From Deltaproteobacteria bacterium (GTDB lineage Bacteria > Myxococcota_A > Polyangia > Polyangiales > Houyiibacteriaceae), in the NCBI GenBank assembly GCA_034670305.1, contig JAXMNT010000004.1, positions 128,001 to 192,000 of the forward strand: a stretch of 64,000 nucleotides of DNA, given 5' to 3'. Below are positions 55,305 to 64,000 of this stretch, in pieces. Made by a program: the position numbers and the translations under genes. Position 1 is the first letter of the stretch, and each line of letters begins with the position of its first letter. The notes below the pieces were generated by a model that saw nothing but the letters and a program-made list of their open reading frames with translations, had not been told where the DNA came from and searched no databases.

Positions 55305-56135
55305 ATGACCGAACTCCAGTTCCTCGAGGCCAACGGCGTGCGCCTCGCGTACTACAGCGAAGGCGAAGGCCCGCTCGTCGTGCTGACGCACGGCTTCCCG
55401 GACACCGCACACACCTGGGACGGGATCCGACCGGCGATCGCCCGCGCAGGATTCCGGGCGGTCACCCCGTTTCTGCGCGGCTACGCGCCCTCGGCGGCGG
55501 CGCCCGACGGCAAGTACGACTCCGACACGCTCGGGCGCGACGTGCTCGCCCTCGCGGCGGCGCTCTCCGACGAACCCGCCACGCTCATCGGGCACGACTT
55601 CGGCGCGAGCGCGTCGTATGCCGCGGCGGCGTTCGGTGGACCCGAGCGGGTCCGGCAACTCGTCACGCTGGCGATACCGCACCCCGCGGTGGTCAAACCG
55701 TCGCTCGGACTGCTCTGGCGGGCGCGGCACTTCATCGCGTTCAAGATGCCCGGCGCCGTCGGTCGCCTGCGGGCGAACGACTTCGCCCAGGTGGACGAGC
55801 TGGTGAAACGGTGGTCGCCGCAGTGGTCTTTTTCGGCCGAGGACACGCGTACCGCGAAGGAGTGTTTCGCGCAGCCAGGGAGCGCGGAGGCCGCGATCGA
55901 CTTCTACAAGCAGCTGAGCCCGAAGTTGCCCGAGGGGCACCGCAAGAAGATCGACGTGCCCACCGTGAGCTTCGCGGGCGAGACCGACGGCGCGTTGCTC
56001 GACCTGACGTTGTACGAGAAGGCGCGGTCTCGCTTCACGTCGGACTACGAGGTCGTGACCCTGCCGGGCGGGCACTTTCTGCATCTCGAGCACCCCGAGC
56101 AGTTCGAGCAGGAACTGATGCAGCGGCTTCGCTAG
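55305..56135 (+). CDS. Alpha/beta hydrolase (epoxide hydrolase-like)
   Basis: HGFP, LRGY, GHDFG, GGHF. Confidence 0.92.
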   Translation: MTELQFLEANGVRLAYYSEGEGPLVVLTHGFPDTAHTWDGIRPAIARAGFRAVTPFLRGYAPSAAAPDGKYDSDTLGRDVLALAAALSDEPATLIGHDFGASASYAAAAFGGPERVRQLVTLAIPHPAVVKPSLGLLWRARHFIAFKMPGAVGRLRANDFAQVDELVKRWSPQWSFSAEDTRTAKECFAQPGSAEAAIDFYKQLSPKLPEGHRKKIDVPTVSFAGETDGALLDLTLYEKARSRFTSDYEVVTLPGGHFLHLEHPEQFEQELMQRLR

Positions 56136-56288
56136 AAACCCGGGTGTCGGTGGGAAGCCCGCGGTTTGTCGGTTCCGTCGTGCGTGGCTGACAGCGGTGA
56201 CATGGGCTCGACGAAAGCGGCGAGAAGCGTGGGGTTCCGGGCTGGCACACGACGTGCTGTATAGGCTCCCGAAAGGATGGGAGTACCC

Positions 56289-56981
56289 ATGAAACAAACC
56301 AAGATCCACCGCGTCCTGCTCGTCACCTTCGCGCTCGTCGCGTGTTCCGGGTCGGAGGACGCCCCAGCCACCGAAGGCGCCACCGAGGCGACCGAGACGC
56401 CCACCGAGGTCGCCGCACCGGCGACCTTCGAATACACCGAGACCCCAACCCTGGACATGGTGCCCGCTGGCCCCGTTCAGGTCAGCGCCAACGGGCGCAC
56501 GATCGAGATCAAGACGATCCTCTTCCAGCCGCGGCTCGACACCTGGTCCTTCCAGATGAGCACCGGCGAACTCGAGCGACCGACCGGCATGCTGCCGAAC
56601 GGTTCGGAGACGGTGAACATCACCGGCCTGCCGCAGGAACTCGGCGTCGGCACGTACTCGCACACGATGGACGAGAGCGGCGGCGGCTACTTCCAAATCC
56701 AGCAGCCGGACGACCCCACCCGCACCACGAGCTGGAACACGCGCATGGCGTACCACCTCCAGATCACCGCATGGGATGTGGCGGAGTACGATTCGGAGGC
56801 GTCGATGTTCCAGGTGGCCGGCAAAGCGAGCGGCAAGGTCGTCGTGACCTTCCGCGGCAGCGGCGACCGCTTCGCGAACAGCTGGGCGGTGGGCACGTTC
56901 ACCGACGCGCCGGTTCGCTACATGGGCAAGCCCCGCTGGGTCCGGGATGCGGAGGAGGCGGCGGCGGCGGCGGCGGAGTAA
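56289..56981 (+). CDS. Hypothetical lipoprotein
   Basis: GGAG RBS; lipobox LVAC. Confidence 0.8.
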   Translation: MKQTKIHRVLLVTFALVACSGSEDAPATEGATEATETPTEVAAPATFEYTETPTLDMVPAGPVQVSANGRTIEIKTILFQPRLDTWSFQMSTGELERPTGMLPNGSETVNITGLPQELGVGTYSHTMDESGGGYFQIQQPDDPTRTTSWNTRMAYHLQITAWDVAEYDSEASMFQVAGKASGKVVVTFRGSGDRFANSWAVGTFTDAPVRYMGKPRWVRDAEEAAAAAAE

Positions 56982-57071
56982 GGGCTGCTGAAAGAGAAGT
57001 GAACTGGGGAAGCGCCCGGGACCGGAGACGGTCTCGGGCGTTTTCTCGTTGGGCGTTCCTCGCGAGCGGCC

Positions 57072-57429
57072 CGTGCCCCGTGTGCCCGTGCCCCGTGCTT
57101 CCGACGCCGAAGCCGATGCCGATGCCGATGCCGATGCCGATGCCGATGCCGAAGCCGAGGCCGAGGCCGAGGCCGATGCCGAATCCGACGCCGAATCCGA
57201 ATCCGACGCCGAATCCGAATCCGAATCCGAATCCGAATCCGAATCCCGCTACCGCTGCCGCTGCCGCTGCCGCTGCCGCTGCCGCTGCCGCTGCCGCTGC
57301 CGCTGCCGCTGCCGCTGCCGCTGCAGCTGTCTCTGTCTCTGTCTCTGTCTCTGTCTCTGTCTCTGCCGCTGCCGCCCGCCGCTGCCGCCCGCCGCTGCTG
57401 CCGCTGCCGCTGCCGCTGCCGCTGCCGCT
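57072..57429. repeat. Hexamer mosaic tract
   Basis: GTGCCCC 7-mers, (GCCGAT/GCCGAG/TCCGAA)n, (GCCGCT)n, (GTCTCT)n, (GCCGCT)n. Confidence 0.95.
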
Positions 57430-57432
57430 CTC

Positions 57433-58341
57433 CTACCTGGTTGCGGTGATCGCTTGGCGGAGGCGGGCGAGCGGGGCGGTGTCGTGCAGTCGGATTCCGT
57501 CGTCCGTCTCCACGACGCCGAGGCGGCCGAAGAAGGCGTCGAGGTCGACGGTGCCGCGTTGGGCGGCCATCTCGGCGTACAGGTCGGAGAGCACGGTCGT
57601 GCCGCTCAGCTCGTCGGCGACGCGGACGACTTCGGCGGTGGTCCAGCGGACGCGGGCGTTGCCGCCGCGGGCGAGGATGCCTTGCACGATCGACTGGACG
57701 CTGGCGCGGCCGCGGGTGGCCGACCGCAGACGGACGTCGGCGACCATCCAGAAGAGTGCGCCGCCCCAGTAGAGGGCGCCCCAGCTGCGGGTGTGGTCGA
57801 GGCCGCGGTCGCGGCGGCCCGGCAGGCCGTTGGGCATCTTCTGAACGAAGCGCTCCCACACCCGCTCTTCGGTGATTCTGTTCTCGCGCGCGAGCATGAT
57901 CGACTCGAGGTAGGTCGACAGGCCTTCGCGCATCCACCGGTGCCGGTTGGCGAGCATCGGGAACGCGACGTGCGCCATCTCGTGGCGCAGCACCCAGTCG
58001 CGCGCCAGCTGCTCGTCGGTCGTGTTGCGGCCGACGCGAACACGCACGCGGCGGCCGCGAAAGTGCTGTCCGAACCCGACCCGCGATCCGGAGTTCACGT
58101 TGAGCTCCACCTGCAGCGTGCGCACCGGGTATCGGCCGAAGTAGGTCGCGATGGTCTCCGCCGACTCCCGCACCCAAGTCAGCAAACGCCTGCGCTCCGA
58201 GCGGTCGACCCCGCCTTCGAACGACACCTCGAGCCGAGCCCCCGCCACCCTCAGCGTGGTCGGCCGGGATTGGGACTGCGCGTCCGCGCGCTCCGGTGCT
58301 GGTCCAGCGAGAAGGAGAAGGGCCAGGAGGGTCGTACGCAC
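57433..58341 (-). CDS. Secreted gluzincin-like metallopeptidase
   Basis: Signal peptide; HEMAH...[13 protein letters not shown]. Confidence 0.8.
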   Translation of the reverse strand: MRTTLLALLLLAGPAPERADAQSQSRPTTLRVAGARLEVSFEGGVDRSERRRLLTWVRESAETIATYFGRYPVRTLQVELNVNSGSRVGFGQHFRGRRVRVRVGRNTTDEQLARDWVLRHEMAHVAFPMLANRHRWMREGLSTYLESIMLARENRITEERVWERFVQKMPNGLPGRRDRGLDHTRSWGALYWGGALFWMVADVRLRSATRGRASVQSIVQGILARGGNARVRWTTAEVVRVADELSGTTVLSDLYAEMAAQRGTVDLDAFFGRLGVVETDDGIRLHDTAPLARLRQAITATR

Positions 58342-58386
58342 GCCATCGGAGGATAGCAGCCCAAACAAGGGACGGCGGGCATGCGC

Positions 58387-58692
58387 CGGCTTCGGCATCG
58401 GCATCGGCATCGGCATCGGCGTCGGCTTCGGCGTCGGCTTCGGTGTCGGCTTCGGCTTCGGTGTCGGCTTCGGATTCGGCTTCGGCTTCGGGGTCGGCTT
58501 CGGGGTCGGCTTCGGTGTCGGCTTCGGTGTCGGCTTCGGCTTCGGCGTCGGCTTCGGATTCGGCGTCGGCATCGGAGTCGGCGTCGGATTCGGATTCGGA
58601 TTCGGCTTCGGCGTCGGCATCGGAGTCGGCATCGGCTTCGGCGTCGGCTTCGGCTTCGGCTTCGGCTTCGGCTTCGGCATCGGGATCGGGAT
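58387..58692. repeat. Hexamer mosaic tract
   Basis: (TCGGC[A/G/T]/TCGGAT/TCGGTG/TCGGGG)n. Confidence 0.95.
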
Positions 58693-58742
58693 CAGGATCC
58701 CCCCCTTGCGCCCGCCCGAACCCGACCCACTCTGCGCCGCCA

Positions 58743-59633
58743 ATGCGCGCCGACGTTCTGTTCCTCCGCCCCCTCACCCCTCAAGCCACCGCCGACGGAT
58801 TCGAAGACGAAGCGCTCGCCGTCGAGATGCTCGACCTCGACGCCCATGTGATCCCCTTCGATCTCATCGTTGACGGCGAAGCCGATCGCGCGGTGGAACA
58901 GTTGCCGGAAGGGGGCGGCCGCACCTACTTGCTTCGCAGTTGGATCCTCTCGCTCGAGGAGTACGAAGCGCTGGACGAAGCGCTCGCGGAACGGGGCGAT
59001 CAGCTGGTCAGTACGCCGGAGGAATACGAACGCACGCTCTACCTGCCGGAGTGGGCGCCGCTTCTTGGGGAACGTACGCCAGCTTCCATCTGGACCGACG
59101 GCGCGGAGGCGGCCGAAGCCTACGAGCTTGCGCGCACCACGCTCGGTCCACCGCCGTGGATCCTCAAAGACCACGTGAAGAGTGCGAAGGAGCAGTGGCT
59201 CGAAGCCTGCTTCGTGGCGCCCGAAACCACCGAAGCCGAGTTCACCGCCATGGTGGACAACCTGCTCACCGAACGGGGCGAGCGGTTCGAACGCGGCCTG
59301 GTGGTGCGCAAGTTCGTCGACCTCGCCCCCCTCCCCTACTCCACCGAAGAACGCCGCATCCCGGATGAACACCGCCTGGTCTTCTTCGAAGGCGAACTCA
59401 TCGCCTCCAGCCCCTACCACGACGTCGAAGACCCCGAGTTCGAACCGGTTGACTTCCACTGGGTCGCGGACGCGCTCGACGCCCCCTTCGTCACGGTCGA
59501 CGTCGCCCGCCTCCGCGACGAAGACCCGCACTCCGCCGACGGCTGGACCGTCATCGAGATCAACCCGGGCGAAGTCACCACCTGGCCCGCCCAAATGGAT
59601 CCAAGAGCGCTGTACAAACGCCTCTTGGACTGA
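58743..59633 (+). CDS. ATP-grasp domain protein (DUF4343/R2K-like)
   Basis: [34 protein letters not shown]. Confidence 0.8.
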   Translation: MRADVLFLRPLTPQATADGFEDEALAVEMLDLDAHVIPFDLIVDGEADRAVEQLPEGGGRTYLLRSWILSLEEYEALDEALAERGDQLVSTPEEYERTLYLPEWAPLLGERTPASIWTDGAEAAEAYELARTTLGPPPWILKDHVKSAKEQWLEACFVAPETTEAEFTAMVDNLLTERGERFERGLVVRKFVDLAPLPYSTEERRIPDEHRLVFFEGELIASSPYHDVEDPEFEPVDFHWVADALDAPFVTVDVARLRDEDPHSADGWTVIEINPGEVTTWPAQMDPRALYKRLLD

Positions 59634-59676
59634 CGGCAAGAGCGGCGAAGCGGGTCGGATCGGGTCGGTGACGGAG

Positions 59677-60120
<444 letters not shown>

Positions 60121-60227
60121 CTGATCGCCGCCGCAACGGTCAGGCCAGGGCAACCGCCCAAGCCCCCGCCAACGCCAACGCCCCCGCAGCAACCAACCCC
60201 ACCGCCAACGCAGCGAGAAGGCGGTTG

Positions 60228-62945
60228 TCAGTGCGCGGCGCCCCAGGTCTTGCCCCAGCCGACGTCCGCCACGAGCGGTACCGAGATCTCCATCGCGCCT
60301 TCCATGACGCTCCGGACCACCGGCTCCACCCGCTCCTTCTCGGCTTCCGGCACCTCGAGCAGGAGCTCGTCGTGCACTGTGAGGATCATGCGGGACTCGA
60401 AGTCCTGTTTCCGGAGCGCGGCGTGCAAACGCACCATCGCGACCTTGATGATGTCCGCGGCGGTGCCTTGGATCGGGGTGTTGCGCGCGATGCGTTCGGC
60501 GCCGTGCCGGAGCGCCGGGTTCTTGCTGCGGATGTCGGCGAGCGCGCGGCGGCGGCCGAGCAACGTCGTCACGTAGCCGGTCGCCCGCGCCTCTTCGACG
60601 ATCTCATCCATGAAACGCTGTACGCCCGCGTAGCGCTCGAAGAATGCGTCGATGTAGCCGCGCGCTTCGGTCTTCGTGATGCGGAGGTTCTGCGCCAGGG
60701 CCCACTGGGTCTGCCCGTAGATGACCGCGAAGTTCACCGTCTTGGCCTGCCCGCGCTGCTCGCGGGTGACGGCGTCTTTCTCGATGTCGAAGATGGCGGA
60801 GGCGGTGCGCACATGCACGTCTTCGTTCTTCGAGTACGCGTCGATGAGCTCGGGATCTTGGGACAGATGCGCGAGCACGCGCAGTTCGATCTGGGAGTAG
60901 TCCGCCGCAAGCAACCAGCACCCGTCGCGCGGCACGAACGCGTCGCGCACGCGGCGGCCCATCTCGGTGCGGATCGGGATGTTCTGCAGGTTGGGATCGC
61001 TCGAGCTCAGCCGACCGGTCTGCGCGACCGCCTGGTTGTAGCGGGTGTGGATGCGGCCGGTCTCCGGATGACGCGCGAGCGGCAGGGCGTCGAGGTAGGT
61101 GCCCTTGAGCTTCGACATCGATCGCAGCTCCAGGATCACCTCGGGGAGCGGGTGCTGGGAGGCGAGCTCGTTGAGCACCGAGGCATCGGTCGAACGCGCG
61201 GTCTTGGTCTTCTTGATGACCGGGAGCTTCAGCTCGTCGAAGAGGATCGTCTCGAGCGCCCGCGGCGACCCCACGTTGAACTTCTGGCCCGCGAGCTCGT
61301 GCGCCTTCTTCTCGAGCCGGTCGATCTCGAGGCCGGCTTCGACGCTCATCTTCTCCAGAATCGACGCGTCGATCGCGACGCCGATGCGCTCCATGTCGGC
61401 GAGCACATGCGCGAGCGGAATCTCCAGCGTGTCGAAGAGCACGTGGAAGTCGCCGTGCTCCATGCGCGGTCGCAAGAGGTTCGTCAGACGAAGCACGTAG
61501 TCGGCCCGCGCGCCGGCGACTTCGGAGACCGGTTCCACTTCGAGTTCGTCGACCGACTGCTTCTTGGACTTGGTGAGCTTCGCCATCGTCGGCACTTCGC
61601 CGTCGAGTTCTGCCCGCGCCACGATCTCGAGCGAGTGCCCGTGGCGGCTCGGGTCGTAGAGGTAGCTCGCGAGCGCGACATCGAAACGTCCGCCGCGGAA
61701 CGTCACGCCGCGCCGGCCCCACGCGAGGTCTTCCCGTTTGAGGTCGCCGCTGAACTTCGGAAACAGCGAGTTCTCGAGCAACGGCGCAAGCACCGACTGC
61801 GCGTCGTCGAGCGACATCTGGGTCGGTACCCCGATGTAGCGGTGCGACACCGGCACGTAGACCGAGATGCCCTCCACCCAGGCGAGCCCGATGCCCACGA
61901 TGTCCGCGGTCAGAGGGTCGGTCCCCGAGAGCACCGTCTCGATCGCGAGCTGCCCGGCTTTGCGCACTTCCACCGCGACCATCTCGAGTTCTTCGACGGT
62001 CTCGAGCAGTCGCACCTTGCTCTCCATGGTCGGGGTCGGGTCGAGTTGCGCGAGCAGGCGGGTGAACTCGAGCTCCGCGAAGATGCGGCGGATCTCGTGT
62101 CCGTCGCCACCGTCGAACGCGAGCTTCTCGAGATCCCACTCGAGGTCGACGTCGTAGCGGAGCGACACGAGCTCCCGGCTGAGCCGCGCGTCGTCCTCGT
62201 GGTCGCGCAGCTTCTCCTTCACCTTGCCCTTCACCTTGTCGAGGTTGGCGTAGAGGCCTTCGAAGTCGCCGTACTGGATCAGCAGCTTGGACGCGGTTTT
62301 CGGACCGACGGAGGGCACGCCGGGCACGTTGTCTGACTTGTCGCCGGTGAGCGCCAAGAGGTCGCGAACGAGCTTCGGTTCGACGCCGAACTTCGCGACG
62401 GTCTCCGGCACACCGAACACGGTCTCGCGCATCGTGTCCCACATGACGACGCCGTCTCCGACGAGCTGCAAGAGATCCTTGTCGGCGCTGACGACGACGG
62501 CTGGACGTTTCTCTGCGCGGCAGCGCTCCACCACGGTCGCGATGGCGTCGTCGGCTTCCATGCCGTCCTGGCCGAGGAGCGGAATGCCGAACGCTTCGCA
62601 GACCTCGAAGACGCGTTTGATCTGGATCGCGAGGTCTTCGGGGGGCGGCGGCCGGTTCGCTTTGTACTTGCCGTAGATGTCGCGCCGGAACGAACCCTTC
62701 TTGCTGTCGATGGCGACGCACAACATCTTCGGGTCGCGCTCCTTGAGGAGCTTCATGACCATCGTCGTGACGCCGCGAACCGCGTGCGTCGGTTCGCCGC
62801 GGCTCGAGCTCAGTGGCGGCAGCGCGTGGTAGGCGCGGTAGATGTAGCCGCTGATGTCGATGACGTAGAGGGTGTCTGGATCGCCCTTGGGCGGGAGCTT
62901 CGTCCCCTCCCCCGTCACTGCGCTCTTCTTCTTCTTGGCGGCCAT
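60228..62945 (-). CDS. polA: DNA polymerase I
   Basis: YKANR, EADD, PGVPSVGPKTA 5'-nuclease; TGRLSS, DYSQIELR, AKTVNFAVIYG, VHDEL. Confidence 0.98.
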   Translation of the reverse strand: MAAKKKKSAVTGEGTKLPPKGDPDTLYVIDISGYIYRAYHALPPLSSSRGEPTHAVRGVTTMVMKLLKERDPKMLCVAIDSKKGSFRRDIYGKYKANRPPPPEDLAIQIKRVFEVCEAFGIPLLGQDGMEADDAIATVVERCRAEKRPAVVVSADKDLLQLVGDGVVMWDTMRETVFGVPETVAKFGVEPKLVRDLLALTGDKSDNVPGVPSVGPKTASKLLIQYGDFEGLYANLDKVKGKVKEKLRDHEDDARLSRELVSLRYDVDLEWDLEKLAFDGGDGHEIRRIFAELEFTRLLAQLDPTPTMESKVRLLETVEELEMVAVEVRKAGQLAIETVLSGTDPLTADIVGIGLAWVEGISVYVPVSHRYIGVPTQMSLDDAQSVLAPLLENSLFPKFSGDLKREDLAWGRRGVTFRGGRFDVALASYLYDPSRHGHSLEIVARAELDGEVPTMAKLTKSKKQSVDELEVEPVSEVAGARADYVLRLTNLLRPRMEHGDFHVLFDTLEIPLAHVLADMERIGVAIDASILEKMSVEAGLEIDRLEKKAHELAGQKFNVGSPRALETILFDELKLPVIKKTKTARSTDASVLNELASQHPLPEVILELRSMSKLKGTYLDALPLARHPETGRIHTRYNQAVAQTGRLSSSDPNLQNIPIRTEMGRRVRDAFVPRDGCWLLAADYSQIELRVLAHLSQDPELIDAYSKNEDVHVRTASAIFDIEKDAVTREQRGQAKTVNFAVIYGQTQWALAQNLRITKTEARGYIDAFFERYAGVQRFMDEIVEEARATGYVTTLLGRRRALADIRSKNPALRHGAERIARNTPIQGTAADIIKVAMVRLHAALRKQDFESRMILTVHDELLLEVPEAEKERVEPVVRSVMEGAMEISVPLVADVGWGKTWGAAH

Positions 62946-62974
62946 TCCGCCCCTTGTAGCACTTCTTTCTTACA

Positions 62975-63012
62975 CTACGGGCCTGGCTCGCTTCGCGAGA
63001 CTGGCGGCCCTA
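62975..63012 (+). repeat. REP-like palindrome, copy A
   Basis: CTACGGGCCTGGCTCGCTTCGCGAGACTGGCGGCCCTA. Confidence 0.9.
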
Positions 63013-63202
63013 AGTCGCGCCCGTCGCTGCCTGCACGTGCTCGCCGCCCATTCTCTGGTGCGGTGAAGAAGCACTTGGTGACATCGGCGGCTGCGCGCGT
63101 CCAGGCGCTCCTCAAGGCGCTCTGTGTTCACTTGGAAGTGTACCAGTTGCTCGGCCTGCGGCCTGCGCAGGTACACTTATCGGTGAGCTTCTCTCTTGCC
63201 AC

Positions 63203-63240
63203 CTACGGGCCTGGCTCGCTTCGCGAGACTGGCGGCCCTA
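63203..63240 (+). repeat. REP-like palindrome, copy B
   Basis: Identical 38 nt to copy A; its final CTA is the TAG stop of the next gene. Confidence 0.9.
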
Positions 63241-64000
63241 GTTGCTGGTGGTGTGCATCTCGATCACGGGGCCGCCGAGCTCCGGGACTCGGGCCGGGTC
63301 GGTTGCGAGGGCGTGCACGCGGACCAGCGCGAACCCGTCGACATCTGGGTGTCCGTCGACTGGGAAGTGGCCGTCTCCGGGCACGTCGAGCGCTGCACCG
63401 TCGAGCGGGCACAGCCGCATCACCCGCTCGCTGAACTCCGCACCTTCTCCGCCGTCGAGGATTTGGCTGGGGGGACGGAGCGCGTCGGCGCGTTGGTAGG
63501 CGACCGCCACGAGCGCGCGTCCCACGAGCCCTGCCTGCATGACGTGGGATTCGCCCACGTCGTCGGGGCGGTGCACGCGGAAGCCGGCGCTCGCGCCGCG
63601 GGCGATGGTCTCCACATACGACATCCGTCCGTCGACCCGAACGAAGCAGCCGTCGATGCGGTCGGGATCGTGGGGGACCCGGAGCGCACGCAGACGCCGC
63701 GACCGCGTCATCGCGATGCTGACGAACGCATGGTCGCCTTCGTCGGTCGCGAACCACGGGTCGGCGAGGCCATCGCCGTCGAGATCCAACCCGCCCCCCG
63801 CCAGCTCCTCCATCGAATGGCGGTGCGAGTCGGCGGAGCGCCAGACTCCGTCAAACGAGGCGAGCGCGGTCCAGAGGATGACGCCTTCCTCTTGCGCCAC
63901 ATGAACCACCACCACGAAACGGCCGGGCGCAGGCCCGAAGACCGCATCGACTTCGAAGCCGTCCGGTGCGTTGGCCACGTTCCGGGCCGCAGTCTTCAGC
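63238..64000 (-). CDS. Hypothetical protein, 5' end outside the window
   Basis: Frame is open to the window edge; contains DLDGDGLAD (FG-GAP-like). Confidence 0.55.
   Translation of the reverse strand, partial: LKTAARNVANAPDGFEVDAVFGPAPGRFVVVVHVAQEEGVILWTALASFDGVWRSADSHRHSMEELAGGGLDLDGDGLADPWFATDEGDHAFVSIAMTRSRRLRALRVPHDPDRIDGCFVRVDGRMSYVETIARGASAGFRVHRPDDVGESHVMQAGLVGRALVAVAYQRADALRPPSQILDGGEGAEFSERVMRLCPLDGAALDVPGDGHFPVDGHPDVDGFALVRVHALATDPARVPELGGPVIEMHTTSN

Noticed and set aside
62975-63240. CRISPR array
   Set aside because: Only two repeats, a 190-nt spacer, a third isolated copy 23 kb away, and no cas genes.

Overview
High-GC bacterial chromosome segment, most consistent with a myxobacterium (Myxococcota, Polyangia/Sandaracinaceae-like; inferred from a MYXO-CTERM tail, fibro-slime, DUF1592/DUF1552, ECF-FecR-RCC1 cassettes and DAG-rich linkers). 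Housekeeping genes (clpX, lon, trpE, glyA, polA, tRNA-Val(TAC), tRNA-Asp(GTC)) are mixed with a TetR-RND efflux operon, a two-component system, an adenylate cyclase and many surface or hypothetical genes. The striking non-coding signal is about 15 intergenic tracts (roughly 3.5-4 kb in total) of block-mosaic hexamer repeats. The best candidate for an undescribed system is a module present twice, at 53-996 (frameshifted) and 40913-41640 (intact), plus one truncated copy at 45025-45262. It reads: 3' hairpin <- four-helix-bundle (23S-IVP/Avd-like) gene <- multibranch palindrome with compensatory base changes and GNA-triloop hairpins -> outward sigma70-like promoter -> linker -> hexamer tract. This ties the dispersed repeat tracts to a protein-coding, structured element. 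No reverse transcriptase, transposase or integrase is visible in the window, so the mechanism is unknown. All family assignments are by motif recognition, with no database searches.
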